Virus record (IMG/VR): IMGVR_UViG_3300027969_000114
Coordinates: 1-59,277 of that record
DNA from: a virus
Lineage: Duplodnaviria; Caudoviricetes
Length of the DNA: 59,277 bases
Reading direction: 5' to 3' (one strand)
Shown here: in pieces, positions 36,338 to 46,671 of the stretch
Numbering within the stretch: the stretch's first letter is position 1
How the letters are laid out: each line of letters starts with the position of its first letter
Notes under the pieces: generated by a model
What the model was told of the DNA's origin: nothing
Seen by the model: the letters and a program-made list of their open reading frames with translations, nothing else
The model's database searches: none
Program-made: the position numbers and the translations under genes

Positions 36338-38344
36338 TTACCCTAAAGTTGCTGATTTTATAATATTTCTATTTAAAGCCTGCTGTGTAGTTACATCTCC
36401 TGCTACTACATAAGCCCGTACAGGTGGCTGATCTTTGCCAAGAGACTGAGCGATCTGATTTACTCCAGACGTTCCTACAACGTTAAAGGATGGCGAACTA
36501 GCCGTAGGTGCAGATGGTGCTGATCCACCGCCACCGCCACCGGGTACTTCTACCTCTAATATCTTCTTTACGTTTTGGAATGCTGATGTAGCAACGGCTA
36601 TTGTAGATGCTACCTTTACTGCTGTACCGAAAGGCTCAGGGTAAATATTCTTAGCTTTCCAAACCTCTGAAATACCTAAGTAAGCATTTATAGTTGCCTG
36701 AGCGATTGCAAGTGCTTTTCCCTCTGCCGTTTGTTGCCCTAGCATAGCACTAAAGTCTCCTAATAAAGATGCAGTCTGGCCTAGTAATTGTCGCTTGCCA
36801 TCATAAGCTAAACGCTCAATAGCTAATCGCTTGTCAGTATTCTCTTTTAGTGCCGCAGTTCTTTCGGTCTCGTTTGCATACTCCTTCTTTTTAATAATAG
36901 CATTTTCTGCATCTAATGCTTCTAGCTTTGCATTAAATGTAGATTTGTCATTATTTAGTATTAACTCATTAAATGCGTATTGACGATTTAAAGCCTCCTC
37001 TTTAATCTCTTTGTCTTTTGCTTTTAGTGCATTATCTAGCTCTTGCTTTTTAAGGTTAAATGCTCGTTCTGCATCTACTCGTTTCTGAGTACCTACTTCT
37101 GCTGTGTTAATTATACCTTGTAATCTTTCTAGCTCTGTTGCCTTTAGTCTTTGTAATTCCTGCTTCTGAGCAAGCAGTCTTAGTGCATCATTCTTAATTG
37201 CATCCGCATTACCTTGCTTTTGTAATGCTAAAACCTCTGATTTGCCATCAATCAAAGCCTGATTTAGATCTAGCTCTTCCTGATTTAAGGCTGTAGTATT
37301 TGTTAATTGCTCAGATATTAAACCAGTAATTTGTGATTCTACACCCTTCTTATTATTTATTGCGTCTTGTATTTTTACTCTATTCTCCTGATTTTGTAAA
37401 GCATCAAATTCTGCTTGTGCCGCAGCGATTTGTAAGTCAGCTAAAGATGTCATTGCTATCTTTTGCTCTTGAAGTATCTTACCTAATTTATCATTAGCTT
37501 CTTTTCTTACCTTAATGCTTTTAGACACATTATCTCTTGTCTGTCTTTCAAGTTCTGCCTCTCTGTCTTTCCCTTCTACAATACCTTGCTGTAATGATAC
37601 AGCTAACTGAGAATCCTTTCTTAACTGAACTAACAGCTTTGCTTTTTCGGCATTTGCTTTTAGATCAATTTTGCTAATACCTTCTACGGATGCAACAACG
37701 ACCTGACTAATTTCAGTAATCGCTTTACCTAAATTTAATGCTACTTTTTTACCTGCTTTAATAGCGTCTTCTCCTGTTTCTTTTATACCATCTTGAAATG
37801 ACTTAATTCGTTCCGTTAATACTTTTACCTGCTTAGGATCTTTGTCTCCAAAAAAAGAGTTTTCCCAAAGTAATTGTATTTCCGCTATTGCTAGGCCAAC
37901 ACCAAAAAAAGCTAATTTAAGTGGTGTTAAAGCTATTGTTAATAATCCCTTAATTACATTAGTAAGCCCCTCAAATCCCTTGCTAGATTTAGATACCTTT
38001 TCGATTACTCCTACAATAATATTTGTAACCTGATTTAAGGTAATAGAGATTGTCTCAAAAATAGTAGATAAAGCATCTGCTACTTTTTGGTTACGCTGAA
38101 AAGCCTCAGACAATAGCTCAAATCCTTTCATTAGGATTCCGATACCCATTGCCTTAATAGCTAGGCCGACACCACTAAATCCTTTTGCTAAAGACTGAGT
38201 TGCATTAGTAGCATCCTTAGTTGCTTTCTCTGAATTTTCAGTTGCATCGGATACTTTATTTAACCCAGCTACAACGTCCTTTAAAGACGAAACAACGTCT
38301 TCTAAGTTATTCTTAATTTCTAAATCTACTGTCCTTTTTTCCAT
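36338..38344 (-). CDS. Tape measure protein (B)
   Basis: Divergent homolog of 7362..9293. Confidence 0.75.
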   Translation of the reverse strand: MEKRTVDLEIKNNLEDVVSSLKDVVAGLNKVSDATENSEKATKDATNATQSLAKGFSGVGLAIKAMGIGILMKGFELLSEAFQRNQKVADALSTIFETISITLNQVTNIIVGVIEKVSKSSKGFEGLTNVIKGLLTIALTPLKLAFFGVGLAIAEIQLLWENSFFGDKDPKQVKVLTERIKSFQDGIKETGEDAIKAGKKVALNLGKAITEISQVVVASVEGISKIDLKANAEKAKLLVQLRKDSQLAVSLQQGIVEGKDREAELERQTRDNVSKSIKVRKEANDKLGKILQEQKIAMTSLADLQIAAAQAEFDALQNQENRVKIQDAINNKKGVESQITGLISEQLTNTTALNQEELDLNQALIDGKSEVLALQKQGNADAIKNDALRLLAQKQELQRLKATELERLQGIINTAEVGTQKRVDAERAFNLKKQELDNALKAKDKEIKEEALNRQYAFNELILNNDKSTFNAKLEALDAENAIIKKKEYANETERTAALKENTDKRLAIERLAYDGKRQLLGQTASLLGDFSAMLGQQTAEGKALAIAQATINAYLGISEVWKAKNIYPEPFGTAVKVASTIAVATSAFQNVKKILEVEVPGGGGGGSAPSAPTASSPSFNVVGTSGVNQIAQSLGKDQPPVRAYVVAGDVTTQQALNRNIIKSATLG

Positions 38345-38475
38345 TGACGTTTTATTTGCTCAAATGCAGTTTTTAAATTAGTAGGTAGCATATTTTTCCC
38401 TTTTGCTATTTCGATCGTCTCGCTAATTCCATAGTGTGGAAGTAAGTTTAACATTGTAAATATCTGTTTTATCAT
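38326..38475 (-). CDS. 49-aa micro-ORF (B)
   Basis: Homolog of 9275..9424. Confidence 0.75.
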   Translation of the reverse strand: MIKQIFTMLNLLPHYGISETIEIAKGKNMLPTNLKTAFEQIKRQWKKGQ

Positions 38476-40460
38476 ATCGTTCTAAAGTCAGTTAGTAATT
38501 CAAAATCCACTTGTCCTGTTGTTAGATCAGTCGTAAACTGATTAATTGTATAGCGTTTGTCTCTAATAATTACCCTATCGTTTACCTTTAAGTTAGTCAA
38601 AAGGCTAATTGGTAAAATTGCTTTTAGTTTAAATATCCTAGATTTAACACCAAATATATTATTTAGGTAGTTAGAATAGTAGTTACTAAATAGCGACTGA
38701 TTCTCTATTGCATTAGTGTATGTCGATTGCTCAGCACCAAAGTTAAGAGAATAATCAACAGAGCTAATTAAAGTATCCTGACCAAATATGTTTGCCGAAG
38801 TTACGCTTGCCGTAGAAGTACCATCGTTAAACTTGTAAGCAGATACGGTTTGCGTAGAACCATAATCGTATAATATAACTGGCTTAGGGATATAAGGAAT
38901 ATAGCTAGGCTTTAATGCGTATGCTACTTGCAAATTAGTTCCTGTAAATTTAGTATGATATAAATGCTCAAACGGTAATTCTACATTGTACTCTTCGCCA
39001 TCGTTATCTAGCTCATAATATAGATCGCCATACGGAACTTTAGAACGTGATAAAAATTCTATGTTTAAAAACGACTCAGGTTTCTGATATTTAAAGTTTA
39101 CCTTCTTATAGGCTTTTGATCGCTCTATGTCAAACGAATCGTTTATAATATACTTAGTTATATCTCTAGTAATTCCGCTTGCATACCATCCCTCTAATTG
39201 TTCTATTTTAAATACTCCAGCTACATCCGAATAGCAGGTAAGATTAAACATTTTAAGAATACCACCAAAAAACTCTTCGATCGTCATTTCTGGCATATAT
39301 TGATTTATAGCCATTGTGGTTGTCGTTGTCTGAGTTGTGCTTTGTGTAACAGTTAAGTCGGTTACTTTTGTATACGTTCCACCGATTAAAGTTCCTGTTT
39401 CGTAATAGTATACAGATGTAAACGATATGGCTGATGTAGATGCAATATAAAATTCATAAACCCCTGATTCCTCTAAAGGTACTTCTAAGTACATAGGAGT
39501 GATTTGAGTTAAATAGCTTTGCGTATTAACTACAAGACCATCTCTATAAACGTAAAAGAAAAATTCCTTTGCATCCTGACCAATGCTAGGAACGCTAAAG
39601 GTAATTGTGATATTAGACTTAAATTGATATTCTGGCAATGTAGGCTTTACATAAGTTAGCTTATCATTAAACGTATTAAATATACCTTGTGATCCTGTTG
39701 TAGATGTATTAGTTTGAAAGTTAAGTTTGTTAGCAACCGTTTTTAGCTCAAATGTCTCGCTATTTTTTAGCCATAAGAATGCTCTTGTAAATCTAAGATC
39801 GCTCAGAAATGCACCTTCAAAAGTTACTCCTAAAGAAGTAGCGATTGCATCGAATACGGTCTTTACTCTAATTGCAGGGAATAAGTCTGTATAGTAAATA
39901 GGAGTAGATGTATTTGTAATATCCCAAATGCTACCAGCTCCAAAACCCCATACGTTTTTAGAGGATATTAAAGGGAACATAACGTTATTACCTGCACCGC
40001 CTGTTACTCTTGTCTTTACAACCGAACCCGTATAACTAAAATTACTAGAACTTAGATCTAGGTCTTTTAAAAACTTACCACCAAAAGCATCCTTTAACGA
40101 AATCAAAGATCCAAAAAACGTAATTTGGTAATTGTCGATCTGACCGTTTTTATAGCTTGCCTTTTCTAATTGCATTTTGCCCCTACGGAATAGAGCATAG
40201 TCTAGCTCTATGTAGCCATCCTTTCTAGTCCTAGCGTCAAAACCATTGTCAATAGAGTTCTCATACCAATGCTTAAATATCTTGTTATTATGAGCAGTTG
40301 CTGGCACCGTAAAAGACTGACTAAAATCAGTAAAAATTTTAGATATATCATTTACGTTTTGGATGTTGCTTGTGACACTAATCTTTTCGTCATCGAACAG
40401 CTCTATCCTTTGTGGCTCTAAAGTCGTAGCATCGTAAATATAAAGTAGTGCATTAATCAT
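38472..40460 (-). CDS. Tail tip/hub-like protein (B)
   Basis: Same length as and very similar to 9421..11409. Confidence 0.6.
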   Translation of the reverse strand: MINALLYIYDATTLEPQRIELFDDEKISVTSNIQNVNDISKIFTDFSQSFTVPATAHNNKIFKHWYENSIDNGFDARTRKDGYIELDYALFRRGKMQLEKASYKNGQIDNYQITFFGSLISLKDAFGGKFLKDLDLSSSNFSYTGSVVKTRVTGGAGNNVMFPLISSKNVWGFGAGSIWDITNTSTPIYYTDLFPAIRVKTVFDAIATSLGVTFEGAFLSDLRFTRAFLWLKNSETFELKTVANKLNFQTNTSTTGSQGIFNTFNDKLTYVKPTLPEYQFKSNITITFSVPSIGQDAKEFFFYVYRDGLVVNTQSYLTQITPMYLEVPLEESGVYEFYIASTSAISFTSVYYYETGTLIGGTYTKVTDLTVTQSTTQTTTTTMAINQYMPEMTIEEFFGGILKMFNLTCYSDVAGVFKIEQLEGWYASGITRDITKYIINDSFDIERSKAYKKVNFKYQKPESFLNIEFLSRSKVPYGDLYYELDNDGEEYNVELPFEHLYHTKFTGTNLQVAYALKPSYIPYIPKPVILYDYGSTQTVSAYKFNDGTSTASVTSANIFGQDTLISSVDYSLNFGAEQSTYTNAIENQSLFSNYYSNYLNNIFGVKSRIFKLKAILPISLLTNLKVNDRVIIRDKRYTINQFTTDLTTGQVDFELLTDFRTI

Positions 40461-41536
40461 TAAACAACATTGTTTATAAGGTTAAACCCATAGGCAAATT
40501 CAATCTCATAATTTATGTTTTTGTCCTTTAAGCTAGTCTTTAAATCTGTAGCTGTAGTTTTGATCTCTACTGGCACACCATCTAAAAGTATAGTTTCGGC
40601 TAAAAATAAGTCTTGAATAAGCTCATTATAATTCTCAGGAATCCATCCTGTGTTTAATCTAATAACCTCGTTTCCGTTAATGTTAAATGACTGGCTTTGT
40701 GGCCTTGCAGGGTTATAGTTTACGGCATCAGGCAAAACGTTATATGTCGTACCCATTGTCTGTATGTTATTCATTTTAGCTTTAAAGAAAGTTAAGAACT
40801 GCCAACCACCATAACGATTTATAAACTGACAAATGATCGGATCGTATTTACTCTCACATACGGGTGTAACAATTATCTGAGCTATTGTATCCGTATATTC
40901 CCCTGTTGGCTTCCATAGTATTGTACACGTATTGCCTTTGTCGTATTTAATGCTTGTAGTCCTTAATGGTATTTTGTATAGCTTAGCTCCATCTCTTGCG
41001 ATCGTAACTATTACCTCATTACGGCCTCGTTTGTCTTTATAAGAAACGGTTAGTGTAGCAGGGCTAGCGTTGTTAGCCCAAACATTTATGTAGGGATATT
41101 TAGCCTCCGCAATTCCTTCTTCGTAAAAATACTCTAAGCTAGTATTTGCAAGTGGTAAAATAGTCGCTGTTGATCCTGACTGATTATAGCCACCAGAATA
41201 ATTAGTGTAACCTGCTGTCGAATAGTATGTAGTTGTGTCTAATGCAGTTCCATAGTTACCTAGTGTAGCCTCTTTAAACCGTTTAACCTCTACAATAGCC
41301 ATCATAGAATTTGTGTTGTCTGATGGCTTAATTGCATCAATGTATTCTCTGATGTACGGAGCTATATTATACACGTTTTTTCTGTTGCTTGTAGATGCAA
41401 TAGACTTTGTAAATATATAGGTTGCATCAATAGGCTTTGTATCTGGATTATTCCAAATACGTAATTCTACCCTAGAACCTAATTGACCAGCTTCATTGAC
41501 TTCAATAAAATAAGGACTGCGTGCGTAAATTATCAT
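40460..41536 (-). CDS. Tail structural protein (B)
   Basis: Homolog of 11409..12482. Confidence 0.55.
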   Translation of the reverse strand: MIIYARSPYFIEVNEAGQLGSRVELRIWNNPDTKPIDATYIFTKSIASTSNRKNVYNIAPYIREYIDAIKPSDNTNSMMAIVEVKRFKEATLGNYGTALDTTTYYSTAGYTNYSGGYNQSGSTATILPLANTSLEYFYEEGIAEAKYPYINVWANNASPATLTVSYKDKRGRNEVIVTIARDGAKLYKIPLRTTSIKYDKGNTCTILWKPTGEYTDTIAQIIVTPVCESKYDPIICQFINRYGGWQFLTFFKAKMNNIQTMGTTYNVLPDAVNYNPARPQSQSFNINGNEVIRLNTGWIPENYNELIQDLFLAETILLDGVPVEIKTTATDLKTSLKDKNINYEIEFAYGFNLINNVV

Positions 41537-42075
41537 TGTGCTTTTAAATTATAGCTTACTATGGTTTCTACATCCTGACCGAATGCTTTAATTAAATCTG
41601 TTTCTATGTACTTTTTATAACCTGCAATAAATGGCTTTGTAAAGAACAATGTCGGCTTTAGCCCTTTCATATAAATACTGCGTGCTATTATAAACGCAGT
41701 TGATTGATATGTCAAAAACTTACCCGACTTCTGATCTCTAAATTGTATCTGTCTGCTTTTAACCCATTTGTTAATTCCAGATGTTAAACCACCTTTTCCA
41801 CTTCCTGATCCAAACTGAAAGCCTCCCTTCTTGTAGTCTTGTCTGGTTTCAAATTTACCGTTCTTTCCTTTTACACCCTGATCTTGATACCAACCGTATT
41901 CTACCATAGAGAATCCGACAAGCGTATATTTATTGTCGTGTACTATTTCCCCCTTAATGCTATTATACAATTCCTTAGTGTCATTCATCTTTCTCTTGCT
42001 AAGGTTAGATCGAGATTGTTGAACTACATAATCCTTGTATTTCTTAATTAGCTTGTCTAGGTTCTTTAGTTCCAT
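41533..42075 (-). CDS. Putative tail completion protein (B)
   Basis: Homolog of 12479..13015. Confidence 0.55.
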   Translation of the reverse strand: MELKNLDKLIKKYKDYVVQQSRSNLSKRKMNDTKELYNSIKGEIVHDNKYTLVGFSMVEYGWYQDQGVKGKNGKFETRQDYKKGGFQFGSGSGKGGLTSGINKWVKSRQIQFRDQKSGKFLTYQSTAFIIARSIYMKGLKPTLFFTKPFIAGYKKYIETDLIKAFGQDVETIVSYNLKAQ

Positions 42076-42533
42076 TAGCAGATCGTCATATCGTTTGGTA
42101 TAATTAAATCAAATGACAAAGTCCATCCTGCAATCTTGTTCTCAAATCTATCTACAAATGGTTCTGCGTTTAGTTCGCCTTGCACCTGCACATTCTGGGA
42201 ATACAAATTGCCTCTGATTAAATCTACACTTAGTCTCTGTGCGATTGTTAGCTGTGTATTTAGTACATCCTGCTCATTATCGTTTGATTCCCATTTGCTT
42301 GTCTCACCGTGATCCGCTATATCTACTATATCCATAAACAAAATACTAACGTTTAACGTCATTGTTGTTTCTGCTATGCCAGCGTTATTAACAATAATAT
42401 GGCTTAAAGGAAATATAGTCTGCTTATATAGATCAACAGCATTAAGATCGCCAACGGTAACGGTGTTAATAAACGGTGTTGCCTTTAGATAGTCCTTTAG
42501 CTTGTTAATTACGTAATAATATCCTTGTGTCAT
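42075..42533 (-). CDS. Putative tail terminator (B)
   Basis: Homolog of 13016..13471. Confidence 0.55.
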   Translation of the reverse strand: MTQGYYYVINKLKDYLKATPFINTVTVGDLNAVDLYKQTIFPLSHIIVNNAGIAETTMTLNVSILFMDIVDIADHGETSKWESNDNEQDVLNTQLTIAQRLSVDLIRGNLYSQNVQVQGELNAEPFVDRFENKIAGWTLSFDLIIPNDMTIC

Positions 42534-42794
42534 CAGTTACCTTTTTTTATCATTTTAATTTCTAAATCGTTCTTTTGCTTTTCGAATGTTAAAAACGTTA
42601 AGCATTGATGTATTGGAAGTCGGGAAATTTCACTAAATCGTCTAACATCTCCCTGAGCAAGTGCATAGATGGAATTATACCATCCCCATCGTTTTCCGAA
42701 TTGTGCTTGTTCACTATATTCATTACCGCTGGATTCTGCTCCAAATAAATCAGGGTATTTGTCAATAATTCGTTGCCTAAATGGTAAAAAAAAA
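42533..42794 (-). CDS. -1 frameshift extension of the tail chaperone (B)
   Basis: T9 at 42786..42794; -1 frame LPFRQRIIDKYPDLF..FGKRWGWYNSIYALAQGD.. is open to a TGA overlapping the next ATG. Confidence 0.8.
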
Positions 42795-43275
42795 CCGTTG
42801 CACCTAAAACAACATTAACAGGAGCACCCCTCATTGTATCACAATACTTATGCGATCCCTCATAGTCTTCAATCATATACCTATTACCGTACTTATTTGT
42901 AATCGGTCTATATAAGACAGCCATTGCCCTATGCATTTGATCCCAGTCGCCAATATACGTGTCAAGGTCTACATACTCTCCCTGAGTTATATCGTCTAAA
43001 TTAGGTATAAATCCGAACTCTACACCGTTTAATTTAAACGTAGGTATATGCTTATGATTTACGTTAAATAAAGCCCCAATTCCAGATGTTATTTGTGCAA
43101 CATCCTTATGTTTAATAGTAGCAATATCCTTTAGCTCAATCCCACAAAAAATCTGCACCATCTTTTGATGCAAAAATTCACTTTCTTCGTTTTCCTTTAC
43201 AATCTTTAGAAATTTCTGGTATTGATCCAGCCTGATTTCGCTCAGTTGCGTAGGAACATTAAGTTCTAGCTTCAT
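42598..43275 (-). CDS. Tail assembly chaperone (B, 0-frame)
   Basis: Homolog of 13536..14213. Confidence 0.65.
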   Translation of the reverse strand: MKLELNVPTQLSEIRLDQYQKFLKIVKENEESEFLHQKMVQIFCGIELKDIATIKHKDVAQITSGIGALFNVNHKHIPTFKLNGVEFGFIPNLDDITQGEYVDLDTYIGDWDQMHRAMAVLYRPITNKYGNRYMIEDYEGSHKYCDTMRGAPVNVVLGATVFFYHLGNELLTNTLIYLEQNPAVMNIVNKHNSENDGDGIIPSMHLLREMLDDLVKFPDFQYINA

Positions 43276-43279
43276 ATTA

Positions 43280-43305
43280 TATAAACGTTATATTGATTTT
43301 TTTGT
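43280..43305 (-). promoter_or_regulatory. Phage late promoter (B)
   Basis: ACAA-N14-CGTTTATA, 4 nt from the ATG. Confidence 0.75.
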
Positions 43306-43307
43306 TA

Positions 43308-44516
43308 TTAGTAGATGAAATACTTGCCTCTATTGGGATTAGACAAGTGATAGAAGACGTTGTAACGTATGGCATCCATAGCGTGGTTAAAGTCATCGAC
43401 AATAAGTCCTGATTTTCTATCCGTGTATCTGTAGTTGTTAAGTTCCTTTGCGACATTGACTGAGTTTGATTCTACTATTATTTCATAATCCTGCATTAAA
43501 GCTATACCAGCCGTTATGCTACCTGCTCCTTTTTCGGTTGCTATTATATTACATCCCTTAGATGCAAGCTCAGATATAAGTCTAGGCTCAGCACTATCCC
43601 CTACGATTAATGAATTACCGCACACATCATTGTTTATTTTGCATATCTCGGACGTTGTTAGCTTCGGAGTATACAAATGCTCTTTAACATATATCTTGTG
43701 CTTAGAGCGATCTATTGCAACCTCAATTAAAGTGGTCGGATCAATAGAGAATCCAAAGTCCTGACCGAAAGAAGTTTGCAAGGTATCTGGATTAAAGTCT
43801 CCAAATCTCCAGTTAGTAAATACTACACCCTCTGCTTTATCTAGCCAACCACCTAATATCTGATGCGTGTACTTTTTAGGGTTATGGCTTTTAAGCCGTT
43901 CGATCTCATCAATAAAGGATTGATCTAAATGCTTTATGTTATCTAAATAGGTAGTGTGTATATATGTTACATTATTCTTTATACCATTATATCCTTCTTC
44001 TACACCCTGACTTTGAAAGAATCGGTTATAGATCCAATGCTCTTTGGTCGCAGGGTTTAGGATTAACACTACTCTATTCTGAACACCCTTTTGACGAATA
44101 GATAAATTAATCTTGTCAAAGGTAGTTTCGTCTACAAGCTCTTCGGCCTCATCTAGTATCCAAGTGGTTACACCTTGCAATGATTTAAGGTTTGCGGTCT
44201 GATCTCCGCTTGAAGTCTTTAATCCCCTAAATAGAATCTCGCTTCCTGATTCCTTATTTATAATCTCTGATTTCGTAATATGAAATAAGTGTTCCGTATC
44301 TAATAGCTCTATCTTCTCTTGAAACTCAGGTATAATAGATAGATGTGCAGATGTCATAGTAGATCGGGTAAACAAAATCTTATGCCCTTTCTCAAAAGAT
44401 AAGAGGCTGGCAAATGTGCCAACCCCAAATGACTTTGAACTACCACGACCTCCTGTAACTACAAAGAAGCGTGTCTGATTCCATAACGATTTATATTTCG
44501 GACTGAGTTGTATCAT
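43308..44516 (-). CDS. terL: Terminase large subunit, PBSX type (B)
   Basis: GGRGSSKS, LDEAEE and nuclease motifs; start MIQLSPKY aligns with A. Confidence 0.95.
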   Translation of the reverse strand: MIQLSPKYKSLWNQTRFFVVTGGRGSSKSFGVGTFASLLSFEKGHKILFTRSTMTSAHLSIIPEFQEKIELLDTEHLFHITKSEIINKESGSEILFRGLKTSSGDQTANLKSLQGVTTWILDEAEELVDETTFDKINLSIRQKGVQNRVVLILNPATKEHWIYNRFFQSQGVEEGYNGIKNNVTYIHTTYLDNIKHLDQSFIDEIERLKSHNPKKYTHQILGGWLDKAEGVVFTNWRFGDFNPDTLQTSFGQDFGFSIDPTTLIEVAIDRSKHKIYVKEHLYTPKLTTSEICKINNDVCGNSLIVGDSAEPRLISELASKGCNIIATEKGAGSITAGIALMQDYEIIVESNSVNVAKELNNYRYTDRKSGLIVDDFNHAMDAIRYNVFYHLSNPNRGKYFIY

Positions 44517-44871
44517 CGTCAAATTTAAATACGTCTTGTACTTTAAACTCTTTAACCGTATGAGAATTAACACTCTCAATATGTTGCATCGATAACTGCT
44601 TTAATTCGTCCTGAGTAGCAATCAGTTTCATAAGCCCCATTTGTAATGTAGGATTATCTGACTTATACCACTTAGATCGCATAGAGACTTTAATCTCAGT
44701 CTTTACTTTTGTTAAAGCATCTTTTATATCGTCTAATTTGTCTAATTCAAGATTATAAAATGTAGCTCTTGAACAAGGCAAATAGGATATAATGTCATCT
44801 ATAAAAAATAGTTTGTTCTTGTTAATCGCCTCTAATGCGGAGGCAATCAGTTCTTCTTTATTGTATGCCAT
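44491..44871 (-). CDS. Putative terminase small subunit, HTH type (B)
   Basis: CSRATFY HTH; overlaps the terL start; unrelated in sequence to the A TerS. Confidence 0.65.
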   Translation of the reverse strand: MAYNKEELIASALEAINKNKLFFIDDIISYLPCSRATFYNLELDKLDDIKDALTKVKTEIKVSMRSKWYKSDNPTLQMGLMKLIATQDELKQLSMQHIESVNSHTVKEFKVQDVFKFDDDTTQSEI

Positions 44872-45505
44872 TTTCTTCTTCGATTCTATATTTAATCATA
44901 TTCTTTGTTTCCCAAGCCTTCTTGTATTCTACGCTTTCGAATAGCTTTGAGAATCCAGTTATGTGCTTTAGCTTTAATAGCTCTTCGGGTTGCATCCCTA
45001 GCTCATTACAAATGTCGTTATCTTTCCATCCATTTTCTAGCATTTTAAACACCATATTTGACATACCTGATACTGAGTGGCTTCCTCTAGCTCTGTTGTG
45101 TCTAACCGTACTTGCCATACGATCATTAATGTCCTTGTTAATAACAACAATAGGAAGGCATCCCTGATTACGATTTAATATATCTGCATTATTCTTGCAA
45201 GTAAAGTATCGGTGAAATCCATCTACGATTGTATACATATCTTTCTCGCTATCGTAAATTGTAACAATAGGTTGTGTGTAACCATCGTGTAAGATGCTAG
45301 TGTATAGCAATCCCATTTCGATATTAGCGACTGCATTTGGATTATAGTCGTTAGGGGTTACCTTGTCTATATTTACCCAACGTACCCTATCTACGGGCTG
45401 TTCTTTTAATGGGCTTTTCTTATGTAGTGCTTCACGTATTGATTCAATAGTGCTTAAATCTAATTCAGCATTCTGAATATGCTTTAGAATTTCATTTGGT
45501 TTCAT
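44858..45505 (-). CDS. ibrB: IbrB/YbdM-like ParB/Srx-domain protein
   Basis: NDYNPN.VA..EM.LL..SI..DGYTQPIV, IVDGFHRY, RMASTVRHNRARG.H. Confidence 0.85.
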   Translation of the reverse strand: MKPNEILKHIQNAELDLSTIESIREALHKKSPLKEQPVDRVRWVNIDKVTPNDYNPNAVANIEMGLLYTSILHDGYTQPIVTIYDSEKDMYTIVDGFHRYFTCKNNADILNRNQGCLPIVVINKDINDRMASTVRHNRARGSHSVSGMSNMVFKMLENGWKDNDICNELGMQPEELLKLKHITGFSKLFESVEYKKAWETKNMIKYRIEEENGIQ

Positions 45506-46671
45506 TATTGCTTTTTAAATTGTGGAACGTATTTGTTATAAATGTAAGTGTATTTGTTAATTATACCTTTCTTAAATTTCTTGTAGGTATTTACGTTTGC
45601 ATTAATTTTCCAGTTTAGGAATTTAGTATAATCCCAATCGCTAGAAAGGATCGTGTTGATCATAACCCTATTAAAGTCAATGCTTATTTCTGGATCGCAG
45701 AACTCTTCATTAAACTTATTGTATTTAGCTATAAATTTAGTGTAGTTCTTTTCGTCTTGAATTATGTTTTTAGCTAGGTGCAATGTGTATTCGCTCCAGT
45801 TATTAAACATAGTTGGATGTACTTTAGGACATACAAAGGCTTCGTTCTTTAGGTGTTTAATTGTATTCGCTCCATCGATACGCTTAGATATTTTCTCCCA
45901 AGTAGGTGGCTCGATCTCTTGTATTAAAAGCAGGGCTTGTATTGCTGTTTCGTGGTGTACGTTTGAGATCCGCATATCTTTAATTACGACACCGTATCTG
46001 TACATCTCGTTGTACACGTTATTGTAATCCCATTTGTTTTTAAATATCGCTGCCCAAACATCTGAATAAGACCAATCGTATAATGGATAAAAAGTATAAT
46101 GCTCTTGCTCTTTAGATAGTATTTTGCCCCAAGTAATATGCTTATAGGTTCGATCCTCAGTTAATACCATAGCTCGCTTTGGGCTTTCCTCTGCTCTTAC
46201 ACCTGCTAGGTAGCAACTCTTTACTCCTTTAAAGTGGTAATTAAATATCTTGCCAAACAATTCGTGAAATCTATTAGTGCCATAGTTATTCTCCTTAATA
46301 GATAAATCGTTTTTAGGATGTATCCAGACATCTTCTTTAGTTACATCCCAGCAGTAAGAATAGCGTTCGTAAGAGCTAGCGTTGTTCGTAATTACCATAG
46401 GCATTTGAAACCACATAGGTTCTACACGAGGATCTTGCATAATCTTTGTGCAATAATCTACCGTTCCCTGCCATTCGGCTTCCTGATCTATCCATAATAC
46501 TTTTAATGGTAGTCTATTTCTTTGCTCTGCTACGATCAAAGCTAAATTTAGGGTGCAGGTACTATCCTTGCCTCCGCTAAATCCTACAACAACGTTTTCA
46601 AATTCGTCAAATAGGTAATTCATCCTATCTAAGGCATCGTCAAATACGTTTTTGGTTTTATAAATCTTCAT
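45505..46671 (-). CDS. ibrA: IbrA/YbdN-like PAPS-reductase-family (PP-loop) protein
   Basis: FSGGKDS, IDQEAE, GVRAEES..R, YPLYDW...DVW, MRIS motifs. Confidence 0.85.
   Translation of the reverse strand: MKIYKTKNVFDDALDRMNYLFDEFENVVVGFSGGKDSTCTLNLALIVAEQRNRLPLKVLWIDQEAEWQGTVDYCTKIMQDPRVEPMWFQMPMVITNNASSYERYSYCWDVTKEDVWIHPKNDLSIKENNYGTNRFHELFGKIFNYHFKGVKSCYLAGVRAEESPKRAMVLTEDRTYKHITWGKILSKEQEHYTFYPLYDWSYSDVWAAIFKNKWDYNNVYNEMYRYGVVIKDMRISNVHHETAIQALLLIQEIEPPTWEKISKRIDGANTIKHLKNEAFVCPKVHPTMFNNWSEYTLHLAKNIIQDEKNYTKFIAKYNKFNEEFCDPEISIDFNRVMINTILSSDWDYTKFLNWKINANVNTYKKFKKGIINKYTYIYNKYVPQFKKQ

Noticed and set aside
45505-46671. Auxiliary sulfur-assimilation gene cysH
   Set aside because: Length, IbrA-type motifs and pairing with an IbrB-like ParB point to the IbrA/YbdN clade rather than a metabolic PAPS reductase.
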